The notes below the pieces were generated by a model. The model was not told the origin of the DNA. It worked only from the letters and a program-made list of their open reading frames with translations, and ran no database searches. DNA of 64,000 nucleotides from Hydrolagus affinis. Taxonomy: Eukaryota. Each line of letters starts with the position of its first letter. The stretch's first letter is position 1. Both the position numbers and the translations under genes were made by a program. This document shows, in pieces, positions 47,401 through 59,765 of this stretch. The stretch lies in the NCBI GenBank assembly GCA_012026655.1, contig JAAILG010000009.1, positions 62,001 to 126,000 on the forward strand, written 5' to 3'.

Positions 47401-49956
47401 CTTCCACTGGCAGGAATGGATCTACAATAACTTTCATTTATATACAGTAAAAGCCCATTTACCCGGCACCCGTGGGACCTGGCCAATGCCGGTTAAAGCG
47501 CTTGCCAGGTATTCGGGTGGCAAGCGGCCGAAAACCCACTACAAAAAAATTTAAGTTCTTTTAACTCACACCAGACTAAATAATAACAGAATATTGTATT
47601 GGTACTTATTGTTAAAACTACTCTCTTGTGCTTGTCACCTTTACTGATTAAGGTTTACAGTCCAGCGATTCTTTTTTAAATGGAGGACGCCAAGCAGGTG
47701 AAAAAAACAGCAGCACGATTTTAAAGTCTCTAACGGCAAGCCCTAGACTCTACTAGTGGCAAACCGAAATACTGTACCTACGCGACAACGTGGGTTATTG
47801 GCTAGCATTGTCGGCTTGTATGGCTTTAAATAGTGCTCCGTTTTTTTCACCCGTTTGGCGTACTTCATTTAAAAAAGAATCTTTGGACTATAAACCTCAA
47901 CCGCAGCATCATGGCTTCAAGCGCAGCATCTACCAGCAAAGGTGAGAAGCGCAAGAGTAGTTTTAACAATAAGTACCAATACTATATTCTGTATTATGTT
48001 ATTATTTATGCATTTACAAATGCTCCACTGCTATTGTTCCGGATAACTTCCGGTTAATCAAATGGGAACTTTTTTTTTTTGGCATGCCGGTTATACGGAA
48101 ATGCCGGTTCATCGAGTCATGGATAAATGGGCTTCTACTATAGCACCCTTTACACAGGATAGTGTCTTGGAGTGCTTAACAGTAGTGGAGACAGGACGAA
48201 AGGGAAGGTGACAGATTAGGTACAGTCGAAGAGGAAGGTCTTCAAATGCAATCTGAAGACAAGGAATAGGGGCAAAGCTGTGGGATTGAGGCAGGGAACA
48301 TATTTTATGGTATAGTGGCTGAAAGCAAAACCGATGATGATGGAGCAGATGAGACAAGAGGTAGAGACCCACTGTAGTTTAAAAATTTATCTTGTGAATA
48401 TGCTAGGTTGTGAGAAATACATAGTAATACTAAATATGCATAATACTAAATATGCATAATAATACTAAATATGCATAGTAATAGCTTAGCGACCAAAATT
48501 AAAGTGAGTCAATTATATATCTTACCTCCGTGGAGTTATTTGTTCTTATGTAGCCATTATCTCGGAGAATGGACCATGCAATTTCGGTGTCACTAACATT
48601 CATCTGACACCCATAGGTTTCGAAGTACACTAAAAATGACAAGACATCTGATATAAGCACCGAAAACCCATCAATAGCATTGTTAGCGTTAACATCTGTA
48701 CATTTGCTTTCAATGGGAGATAAAACAATTATGTACTGTACAGTACTTCTGTTTTGCTGATCGAATGAATTAAATTTGTTCTGAACCTTAGGAAGTCACT
48801 GGTCTCACTTATTTTTAAGAAAGGCATGTCCACCCCATTTCTGGATTTTGTAGTAGATATTTCAATGTGAAAGGGCCCATGAAAATACAAATTTTTGTTG
48901 TCTATCCATATTCGTTGTTGTCGCTCTACCTTGCCAACAGAAGTCTAGGTAAATGTTAAATTCCAACAGGACAATTTCAGGGGTCCTGGCCAACACTCAC
49001 CCCTTATCTAAATCCACCGAAACAGATTAATTGCCCTTCCATTCCTATTTGTTTTGCTGCTTGCTTGGAGAAATCAGCCTTGCTTGGGTGGTGGGGTCCA
49101 CATTCATAAAATTCCCACTTGAAGGTATTTTATGATTTCCACATACCGGTATATGTAAGAGGTTATTGTCATTGGTTTTCCAAGGCGTAATAATCCCTTC
49201 AAATAATTAAATCATTGGGTGGGGACACTCAATCCAAGACTGAACCAATCTGGAATGCATTGCTGAGAAGGATGGTGTCACAACTTTTATGCGATACTCA
49301 TTTGGGGGGGGGAGGACAGGTTTGCAGGGCTATGAGGAGAGAGAGCAGCTCGTCTTACAAGAACCGGCCGACACAATGGGCCGAATCGCCTCTTTCGTGT
49401 GTGGTATAATTCTATGATTGTTTGTGGGACACTACTGCATTTCACCCACAATATGCATTAAATTCACTTTACAGTACATTGTTTGAGGCACACAGGGAGA
49501 GCTAGTGACGGAGCCAGGCTAACACACACCATACTTTAGGGGGCTAGTAACTGGGTGGGGTTTGGAGGAAGGGAGGGAGGGGGGAGGCTTGTAACTGTGA
49601 TGGGCCTACAAACGCAGTGTAACGTCTGTCAAACCCTGTGTGCGCGGACCTTTCCTGCTGCAGCCCAGGGCCGGCTCCAGGCGGCTGAGATATGGCGGGG
49701 GATCCTCGGGGTCTGAGGCCCGCTCTCTCCCCTCCTCCACCACCTCCTCGGTCGCACGGCGAATAAAATGGCGGAGGTCGGGCCCGGTGGCCAGCTCGGG
49801 GCCGCTTCCCCTCGCGGCCGGTTGTGCAGGAGGTGGAGGAAGAGGAGCAGCCAGACCGCCGGCCGACCTGAGGCCGTTTCGGGAGAGACTCCCACCGCCA
49901 CCATTGCTCCATCTCAACCGCCACCACCACCGAGCAGCGGCTCGCGAGCATCGCAT
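38497..49956 (-). CDS. CDK5RAP1: CDK5RAP1, mitochondrial tRNA methylthiotransferase (MiaB family radical SAM), 13 coding exons, 594 aa
   Basis: Exons, all GT-AG and in phase: 49956-49650, 48629-48526, 47223-47189, 45790-45690, 45342-45132, 44415-44295, 43811-43581, 42674-42577, 41581-41526, 40834-40704, 39517-39368, 39068-38928, 38595-38497 (1785 nt). Motifs include [38 protein letters not shown], radical [42 protein letters not shown] and a C-terminal TRAM ([11 protein letters not shown]). The Arg-rich N-terminus is consistent with mitochondrial targeting. Confidence 0.97.
39522..39872 (-). mobile_element. Near full-length tRNA-derived SINE in a CDK5RAP1 intron
   Basis: Same body and tail as 26816-27110. 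Its (ATT)n tail directly abuts the acceptor of the exon starting at 39517. Confidence 0.88.
45823..46616 (+). mobile_element. LTR-like element (TG...CA) in a CDK5RAP1 intron
   Basis: Begins tgtgaag and ends tttcatca. Contains internal direct repeats (ccttatctaat; accagatgg) and TATAAATA at about 46400. Homologous to 19344-19860. Confidence 0.5.
46630..46942 (+). mobile_element. Degenerate SINE copy
   Basis: gttagagcatttgcctcgcaattgagagacctgggtttgattcc head, gggcaagtttccttactc body and tatcaaatgc tail. Confidence 0.8.
47445..48140. mobile_element. Tigger/pogo-like MITE, longest copy (696 bp)
   Basis: TA|cagtaaaagcccatttacccggcac ... ggataaatgggcttctacta|TA. Internal sequence is shared with the 33442 and 63174 copies. 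Confidence 0.85.
48425..48478. repeat. 16-bp tandem repeat x3 (taatactaaatatgca)
   Basis: Read directly from the sequence. Confidence 0.9.
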
Positions 49957-50110
49957 GGTCCTCGAGCCTTAAAGGGAAAGTGTCCCGCCCTCAGGGGCGG
50001 GATTGGGGCTTCTTAAAGGGCAAGTATACCGCCGCTCTCTATGACATCGGCAGATTCGCGCTGCTGGGTGCACGTGATCTCGTGCTGGAGCCTCTCCGCC
50101 GCCATCTTTG
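49620..50110 (-). promoter_or_regulatory. CpG-rich 5' end / promoter region of CDK5RAP1
   Basis: High GC and CpG density against an AT-rich background. Contains a GC box (ggggcggg, about 49994), E-box CACGTG at 50071 and YY1-like CGCCATCTT at 50100. Confidence 0.7.
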
Positions 50111-50147
50111 TAAAGGAGCCATAAAGAGAAGGTGGTGATGAGAATAA

Positions 50148-50455
50148 GAATAATAATCCTTGCATTTGACATAGCGCCTTATCACGTCTTCCAGTCACCT
50201 CAAAGCGCTTCACACAATGTGCTGTAAAGTGAATTGATGGTAGATTTGTGGGCGAAACACTGTAGCCAATTGTGCACAGCAGCTTCCCACAAACAGTCAT
50301 GGATTGAAATGACCAATTATTTTTATTTATTGAGGGATTACTATCAGGCGCGTGGAGGAAGGAAACTCGCCCAAGGTTTTGTCCTACAGGGAATTGAACC
50401 CCGGTGTCTCGCATGCAAGGCCAGGGCTTTAACCACTGAGCTTCAGGACTCCACA
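50148..50455 (-). mobile_element. Near full-length tRNA-derived SINE immediately upstream of CDK5RAP1
   Basis: Head gtggagtcctgaagctcagtggttaaagccctggccttgcatgcgagacaccggggttcaattcc, followed by the family body and (ATT)n tail. Confidence 0.9.
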
Positions 50456-53400
50456 GGGGTGATGGTGGTAATTGTATTACTGTCCTATCTGACTGACACT
50501 GGGACTTGCCCAGGGAAATATTAGATTCCGGTTGAGGAGACCTTCCTCTTATTCTTGGAGCGTCCTCCTGACGTGCAAGGCGCTACATATACATGTAATT
50601 TGTGGTTAATCGTTTGTGAACCAGTGTTTTGGGATGTCCTCGCCAGGTGAAAGGCACATTATAAATGCAATTTGTTGTTGTTGTGCCTGTGGACACCTCC
50701 CCCTCGTCCCCAACCCCCACCCCCACAATATGTTACAAATTTTTGCAAATATATCTGCACTTTTCCACTGCCCGTAATCCTATTTCAAAAGACAGGGGAG
50801 TTTCTCCAAATGTCCTGGCCAACAATCCCCTGGATGAAATTGGTCACTAAATCCACGGTGCTGCCTGAGCTGCTGAGTGTTCCCAGCAACTGGCCTCAAC
50901 TTCTTGCCCACCAAATGCACAATCCGTTTTACAATATATCCTGTGAAGAGCTTCGAGACGTATCTACAATGTGATAAGCTGCTACATCAATTACAAGGAT
51001 TATTATTAATAATAATAGCCGGTGTTGTGCTCTTGAACTTGAAATCTGCATTAGAAAAGGCAATCAATCCCTTTCTCGTGTGTGTGTGTGTGTGTGTCCA
51101 GTGCAGGGAATCTCCAACCAGAATCACCACCAGGTGGTGGTCTTGCACATGAACAAAAAGACAAGGGGAAGGAACATTTGAGTTGAGTTGTAGCAAGAGG
51201 TCTGAAAATGAAGCCAGAAGTACATAGAGTTTCATACATCTTCAAATAAACATAAACGTTAATGTTTAAACTGTGGTACATATCACTATTTTCTCTTGCG
51301 CAAGACACTACCTAACGTCGATTGCAATTGATTAGAGATCCCTGTTTATGTGAATCTGGTGTTATAGTAATAAAAAAAATCTTTGCTCTGTAAAACTGCT
51401 AAATAATCAGTGGAATAATTGAGAAAGGAAAGTAAATTAACGTTTCGGGGAGCGCGAAGCGTTATGGACCAGAAACATTGACTCACTTTCTTTTCTCCAT
51501 AGATACTGCCTGACCTACTGAGTGTTCCCAGTGATTTCTGATTCTCCCTTCACAATAAATCCAATAAAAAGTTAAGCCGTTGCGCGTGGTGGGTGTTTAC
51601 CCGACGTCACTGTGGGTGGAGGAACTAGATGCAGAGCAGCACAACATGGACCTGTGAGAGACCAGGAGCCATTACTTCCCACTGAAGTCACAGGCGAGGA
51701 GTGGACCTGAGAGGAACGATCCCTAACACTATTGTGGGTGAAAAGGGCTCTGAACTTTTGGTAATTATTTCCATACTTTTCTGCTGGCCCACAGCATGAA
51801 GCAGCAAGCAGAATGATGGGAAGAGAGGCGGGGGGGCGGGTAAAGGACCAATTACATCTGGGGCCCTCCCAGACCTCTGTGTCCTAATCAATGGTTTACA
51901 TGTTTATTGGTGAATCTGGCCTTGGCACGTAGTCACAATCACCTGTCTTTTTCCAACACGTGAATCTATGCATTATCTAAATTGGTCACATATCAATACA
52001 AATTTCCAGTACGAACTGGTCGGGCTAAGTGGCCTGTTTCCGTGCCATACGTTCTTCGCAATTGCTTTTATTGACTCCCCTGGGCTCAGGAGGGGGAAAT
52101 AAACCCTTGTTAGAAATGTGCACAGTTTAAGAATGGGTTTGGGTTAGCTTCTCTATTTGGAGATATACCAAGTGTCAAAATACCGTGGGACATTTTGAAC
52201 ACGTTGTCATGGATTCTTGAGAATATTTGTATATTTATGCTCAAGGGTTTTTAGTCTAATGCAGTTTAAACACAAGGAATGAAAGTCTGGAGTTACCACA
52301 ACCCCATCTATGTGTACTCGGCAATAGGCGACTCTTATAACAAAACCTTTGATTTATTTAATATAAATCAAAACCAAAACCAGACATAGTGAAGGTAATT
52401 TGGTAATCTCCTCAAACATTGCAGCCAGCATGAGTTTGTTGATATTCCGTCTTGCATGACTCACCTTAGTGGCCAGGTGTCTGATGTCTCATTTCATTGT
52501 TGAAATCTTGCACACCTGCAGACATATCTGAAAATCTATACATGATTTTGCAGTGTTCTGAATCACCAACCCTTCTATTCATTGTAGTGAAGAGTTCATT
52601 AATGTTTAGAGCTTGTGTCCCAAATAGTGAGTTAAAAAACTCGTATTGGAATTGTTAAGTGCCAATGTTAATAGTTTCTATCTGTTGCAAGCAGAAAAAT
52701 AGTTTCTTTTTAAAAAAAATAACTTTACCTATGTAACTTTTAAAGACTGAATTAGTTACCAAATAGCTTGGTCTTATACTAATTGATTGTGGGATGGTTT
52801 GCAGCCACAATAGAGATTGATGGGTCTTCCCTCTGGCAAAGAGATCAATAATAAATAACAATCTTTGCATTTATTATAGCACCTTTTACATTGGGAGGAA
52901 GTCCAAAATTTCTTCACAGGCTTTATTGTAAAATGTAGTTATGGCATATTTTGTGTAGAACGTGGCATCCAATTTACGCACTGAGATGCCCTACAAATAA
53001 TCACGACGCGAATGACCATTTTAACTGGCAGATTTTGGGCCCAAATAAACTGCTTGGACTCTGGATAAAATTAGTCATGGCTGTTTGTGGCACATTGTGT
53101 GCAAATTGACTGCCAAGTTCACCTTCAAATATGGTTCAATAAATCCTGTGAAACACTTGAGACGTTCCAACAATGTGATAAAGCAAACATATACCAAAAT
53201 ATACCCCATGAAGATTATTCCGTTCAGGGTTAAATATAGATTTCTCTAGGTTCTGATTTAAAGTCTTCCTGTACTCCATGATAGACATCAGCAACAGTGA
53301 GTGCAAATGTGGTATTCAGGGAATTGGAATTTAATTTAATTCAGGCTTCAATTCAGACTGGAACACTTCTCCGCTTCCCCCTCCAACTCAAATAATCACA

Positions 53401-56400
53401 ATCCAAAGTCTGAAGTGTGTCAGTCATCAGTAGAACAGGCGCTACTAGAACAAATAGGAAGCCAAACATATGCTTACATTAAACCATCAGGAAACTCAAT
53501 TACATGCTTCTTTACCCACTGAACCACCAAAAATCGTACAAACACAGAGTCATTATACATTACAGTTGAAATCAAGTGCTTACTTTGAGACATCCTCACA
53601 ACATGAAAGACACTATGACAAATGCAAGCATATTTATTTCTAATTTATTTCTTGGATCAAAGGAAATTTGATCATTTTTTCAGTTTGTGTTCACTAATCT
53701 TTACTGGGAAATGATGGGTGGGGGTGAGTGCGAGTGTGGAAAGGTAACCAGAGTCACCTTGCTAGTTGTCTCCAATTTCCAGAATACTGTACAGTCAGTC
53801 TCTGTAGCAGTGTTATTAGAGCAAGGTGGGACTGGAGTACTATGGGGCATTGCTAATGGCAGTTTAGCCAGCCTGGCTCGTTGGTGGGATGTGGTTACAC
53901 TGAGGGCAGGAATACTTCCCATTCGGCTCATGTTCAGCCTGCAAGCAAAGCCCAACCCCAGAGTGTGTGTATTGGAATACTGTTGGTGTCTAACCAACTA
54001 AAACTGCATAGCTTGCCATTGGTATTGCTTGGGAAACATCAATACCTGAGTTAAAGAAGGAGGAATTCCTCTCCTGATTGCTATGTGGTGACACATACTT
54101 GAAAATACATATAAGTGGACATCATAAATAATGGTAACAGGCTCAGCTGTGATTTCCTCCTCTCCTTCATGGTCACACACGTAGAATGGGCACTTCAGAA
54201 ATTCCGATTTGTGTTGCGTTCAGATACTGATGCTCAATGGCATTTTCTTGTCCCAGCATATTCATAAACTGCGACTGGAATTTTAATCCACAGCAGAGGA
54301 GGCGACATTTGTTTTTGGGTGTTGGGGGTGGGGTTGGTTGGGGGTGGTGGGGAGAGAGATATGTTAAACTTTTAATTTTAACCAGAGGACTTCTCCTGAA
54401 AACTATGCCAATGGATCATCAGCTGTCTCTATGTGTACCGTTGCTTTTGAAGATTTTTTAGCAGGCAAATGAAAAGAGGACTTAAACAAACAAGAGTGGA
54501 CAGGACTGCAGTTGAGGATTTATGAGAAATGGCGTAACTAATATGCAAATTGTCCACCCTCCCCAGCTGCCGTACACCATCTCTCCTGCTACTTTGCACC
54601 AATGCTCCCTTAATTCCTTTAATTCTCCTGCCAAAAGTCTATAGGCTGCCTTGTAATCACAGTCAGGGAGTCCTGCTATGAAGAGACAGATCAGGCAAAC
54701 ATTATCCTCTCTTTACTTGAAGAAATGTTGAAATCGGAATGCGTTTCCTAATGGACTTTCCTTAATCCTTGGTGCATGAAGGTTAAAGGGGCTGACAAAA
54801 CCAGGTATGAAATTCATCTTCACGGCTTTGTTTGTGTTCTTGTTAGCTGTCAAGATATGGTATAGGTTACATATTTTGTAGTGATGCGAGTTAAGTTTAC
54901 TTTCAAATCATTCAAAATTCTCATGCTTTTAAAGTTAACATGCTTTCAATACTACTTGAATTTAACTTTAGATCATCTTATACTAATGCTGTATGTTTCA
55001 GATATTTTAGTGCAGATACTTGTCGGGTGGAATAAAAAGCAAATGGCAAATCTGATTTACTGAAAATTCTTTCATATTTAACACTGAGCCTATAAATGTT
55101 AATAGGAGTCTCAAGACAAGCAGCTAAAGTTTAATTGATTACAACAAAGCACTGGTGTTTCAGACCCAATTGGATTCAGACACAATTTGGGGGGGAAATT
55201 TCACCTCATCTTCGTTACAAGACCTTTTTGTCTTAAAATGAATCATGTAGAACCTGTAGATTATTCTTAAATTCAGTCCTAATTTGTTAACTGGAGAAAA
55301 TGACCAATTTCCAAATAAAGACTGAACTCCATAATTCTTACAGACTAGGTGGAATTTTGACCCTCTGATTCCAAAAGGCAGTTGTATTTCACAAGATCAT
55401 AGGATTGGTTTGGTGAAAGGAAGCCATTAAGCCCAATCGAACTCATCCTTCCAGAACACCCACTTTACTTTTCCTCCCATCACAGTTTTATATTGTTTTT
55501 TTAAATGAATTGCCAGCCAGTTGTTCAATCTGACATCCTTTTGGGTGAACATTGACGTTGCGCTTGCACTTTGAGTTCCTTAAGCCCTTTCGAAACTGAT
55601 GGGTTTATAATAAACACATCATAATAATTCCTTCCAGAAATATATATGGGACACTGCTGTGCACAATTGGCTGCACAAAATATGTAGTCAATTCACTTTA
55701 CAGTGTATTCTGTGAAGCTCTTTGAAAGTCTCAAAGCTTTGATAGGTGCTATATCAAATGCAAGAATTATTATGATTATGTTGGAGTTAGGGCGTGCACA
55801 TTCACAAATCCTAATTCCAGAAAATATGGTGGCCATGTTGCCATAGCCCCAACTTGTTCCTCTCATAGAAGTCTTATATCCTTAGAACTCCACCTTACCT
55901 CAGCTAGTCACTGTATCTAACTGAAGAAGCTTCAACAGCAATTTGGAGGAGATTATTTCCTGAATTTCACAAATTTAGACTGCACAGAAATCTCAAACAC
56001 CTTTACAAGTAATAGTCTCGGACAGGAAACTTGTGGGTTGGTTTCACACCATAAGCTCAGATAACGAGAGATAAATTGGATCTCAAGGAAATGGTCTAAA
56101 TTCAGCAACGGAGCAGCAGAGAATCAGAGATAAATGAAAGCAGACTGGTTCCTCGCTTTGTGAATTATGTTCTCTCGACTTGTACTTTATAATGCACAAC
56201 GTAACTTCTTTATATCGCAATAATAATGTGGGTTGTTCTGTATCCCTTGTTTAATATGAATGACCGTCCGTTCCCCAATGAGAGTGAAATATACTTTCAA
56301 CAAAAAAGTATTGTTTTCCAATGCAAATCTACATTGACGACCATTTGTTAAAAGCATGACTTGGAGTGAAGCAGCCAGATCAGGAAAATGTGGGGCTAAA

Positions 56401-57345
56401 TGATTGTTCCGAATCATCTCAGTTTAGAGCAAACAGCCTTGTGTCAATTAGAATATATGGTCCTTGCCATTAAAAAGATGTACTGTTTATAATGATCGTC
56501 ATAAAATACCCTCAGCTTTCAGGCTAATAGATCCACAATGGTCACATGCGATAGTTGCCAGAGAAGAGGAAATAAGAGGCGCGGTGAGGGTAAAGCGCCT
56601 TGGGACGTCCTCCCGACGTGAAAGGAGCTTTATAAATGTAATTTTGTTGTGGTTGTTGTAAAGCAAAGTGTTTCACTAAAGATGTATCAATAATTCAACT
56701 TTAATAAGTTTCAGTGAATTCACGTCTACAAACAAATTTTACTTTTCTCTTCAAGTTTATTCACCAAATATTTACGACAGTTTCCCCACCGCTTCTTGAA
56801 TCAGGGTGTCTACTTGATTCCTTGTTTCGGGTTTCATGTTCCACTGTGAATCCAGGTGATCCTTGCAGTCAGTCAGGTGTCTGCCTGTTTGCTTATTATG
56901 CAAAGGCCTTGTATGCTCTCCTGCAAGCCCACCAAAGCTTAGAGATCAGGTTTCTAACAAGCTGCGGCTTGCGGCGCTGTTCCTTATGACTGTAGCAGCC
57001 CGTGCTATTCTACACTGCAGCACGCCACACAAAAACACTGTCTGCATTTTTATCTCTGCAAATTGTTTTAGATACTCTCAGTGCCTACTTCCTTCCCCAT
57101 TCTGATATTTATTATCTTCCATCACGGAGATGATTATACATCTTGCGTGCGTGGGCAAATGAGAAAGATTCTAGTTTAGTCTGCGGACTATCCATGACAT
57201 GATCATAAGAGAGGTTCACTGGAAGAGGATGTCTTCACAAAGCCCTCACTTTCAAAGCACTCCATGGCGTTGCTAATCCCTATCTCTATGACCTGCTTAG
57301 GGCAAATTTCCTTACTCTGCACCTCTGTTCAACTATCAGTAAGTA

Positions 57346-57557
57346 GGAACTTGGCGGATAGCTTTTCTGGGGGCAATAAATCCCTCAAACTAACAATAAT
57401 AAATTGGTCACTCAATTCACACTGTTTGTGAAACGCTGCTATATACAATTGGCAAAATACACAGTTAATTAACTTTACAGTATATTCTGTGAAGCGCTTT
57501 GAGATGTCCCAACAATGTGATACGACGCTATACCAAATGCGAATATTATTATTATTA
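57346..57557 (+). mobile_element. 5'-truncated SINE copy
   Basis: Family body and tail (cactttacagtatattctgtgaagcgctttgagatgtc...tattattatt). Similar partial copies lie at about 10969-11085, 26234-26335, 37904-37985, 55647-55777 and 62490-62595. Confidence 0.8.
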
Positions 57558-59506
57558 TAAGCCTTTATAATAAAGCTCTCCAGCTCATATTGGCAATATT
57601 GTATAGTTTTTGAGAGCCAATTTGAAGGGACACTTGATGTTTCAACAAATTCTTATGTCTTCCTGAAGAAAAATGACTAATCACATCCCACATAAAATAA
57701 AGATGATCTGACAGATTAACTGGTATTTCTTTCAGACTTAGTGGAATGAGAAAGATAGACGGTAGCTGCTATGTCTCTTTATCACTTACTTCAACTGGAA
57801 AAGGTGACACAACTCTGCCTTTCATAGGACCTCCTTGATCCCTCCCACCTGCAGTCTCCTGTTCCAGTATTTCTGCCAGAACTGAAGTTGAGTTTTAGCG
57901 GACGAGAGAGAGATACTGGACTTGTAAGTTATGCTTCTACACCTTGCCTGTTGTTAATCGCCTGCCAAGCAAACAAAGAAGACAGACACAGGGTTCGTGA
58001 GGAGGAAGAAAATCCACTCTGCAATCTTGGCAGCTAAACAGTAAGTACAGTACATGCCTGGTCAGTGTTTGCGTATTTGATCAGAGTTGTGCCAGATATA
58101 AGTGGGCAGAAGGAGAATCAATTTCTGTTCACCTGTGTATTGCAGGTTGGAGTATTTAGTACATGTGTTGGAACCTTTATAGAGCTTGCTTTATAGGAAA
58201 GCATGAAAATATTAATGTTTTCATTTCAGTATGACATTTGTACAACAGATACAGTAATGTATTATTTGCCAGAGTTCGTATGCATCGAAACGGAATCTTC
58301 TCTCACACAGCACATTTGCTGTACCAGCACAAGCTGTCCTGGATGCTACCCCATGTGAAGGGTGCTATGTAACTCCAAGTTGTTTTTGTTGCACAGACTG
58401 AAGGAAGTGCTGTGGCTCAAAATCAACATTTTAAACTGGAATCACGGTCACAAATCTAATGCTATTTGGTGCTTATCTCAGGTTGTGGCTGTGTTGAGAT
58501 TTGGGGGTATTTTGGAGTTGGCCTCAATGGTGCAGTGTGTGTCTTTGTGTTTACCTGAGTTTGACTGTAGGACAGCTTCAACAATGCTGTGTAATTTGAA
58601 CTAATAGAATGTCTTCAGTAAAAGGCTGCCTCCTTCATCATCTTTTTGGATTGGAAAGAGCTGAGTCCTATCGGCCCTTTCAATAGAAAACAAACAAACG
58701 AAAGCATAAATCATAGTCCGTTTGTTCATGGAGCACACAATTTGGGCATCACATTCACCTCCCTCTGCATGAGGACTCCCCACTAACAGATATAGAATCA
58801 GAGCTAGCTGTCTGCTAGTATTGTCCACGCTTGAACTGATTTCATCTCGAGGCTTTTTGACCATTATTTTATTGCCTTAGGCACTGCAGCGCTGGAATAT
58901 TTGCAATGTAAAGTATTTCTGCTTTACAGAAATGGTTAATAACCAGAAAATGGTTAATTATGTATGGGAAAGTCAGAGGAACATCCCTTACTTGACTCAG
59001 AATGTTCGGGTCACAGATCCATCCAATAAGTCTGTGCAAATCAAGCAAGTGTGAATCGTGCATTGATGAAGAAGAAATGGCATCACTGTGTGAAGCAGAA
59101 CATGAGGATATGAGTTTATTTGGTTGGCTGGAAGCAGACAGTTTAAAGGATTGAATGGCCTTTTATTTTTGGCCTCAACAGTGTAGTATGTGTCTCTGTG
59201 TTGTCTGAACTCGACTGCCTTTTAAGGTTGGAGTCACGTGTAAGCCTGTCTCAGTTGGTAGCTCAGTTGGTAGCCCTCACCACTGAGCTCCTTGTTGGGA
59301 ATGTGGGCCCATAGTCTAGACCAACACTCCAGTGCAGTGCCTGGAGACCAGTACATTATCACAGTTGCCATCTTTCGGATGAGGCATTAAACTGATGATA
59401 TCCTATTCTCCTGTTCAGGTGCACATTAAAGATCCCACGATACCATTTGAAAAGAGAAGAGAATTTCTCCTAGTGTCCTGGTCAACATATCCCCCAGATA
59501 AACATT

Positions 59507-59765
59507 AATAATAATCTTTGCATTTGATATAGTGCTTTTCACGTCTTCTGGACGTCTCAACATCCTTCAAAAAATCTACTAGTACAGTAAATTGGATGTA
59601 TATACGTGGGTGAAATGTGGCAGCCAATTGTGCATAGGAGTGTCCCACAAACAGTCGTGGATTAAAATGACCAATTTATTATTGGGTTTTTTGGAGGGAT
59701 TATTAGGCGCGTGGAGTAAGGAAACTTGCCCAAGGTTTTGCTCTGCCAGGAATCAATCCCAGGTC
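59507..59765 (-). mobile_element. SINE copy (head truncated)
   Basis: Same body as 39522-39872, including gtcccacaaacagtcgtggatt and ggagtaaggaaacttgcccaagg. Confidence 0.85.

Noticed and set aside
49544-50016. Several overlapping GC-rich ORFs on both strands
   Set aside because: Only the 49956 minus frame splices in phase to the next CDK5RAP1 exon. The rest reflect stop-codon scarcity in a CpG island.
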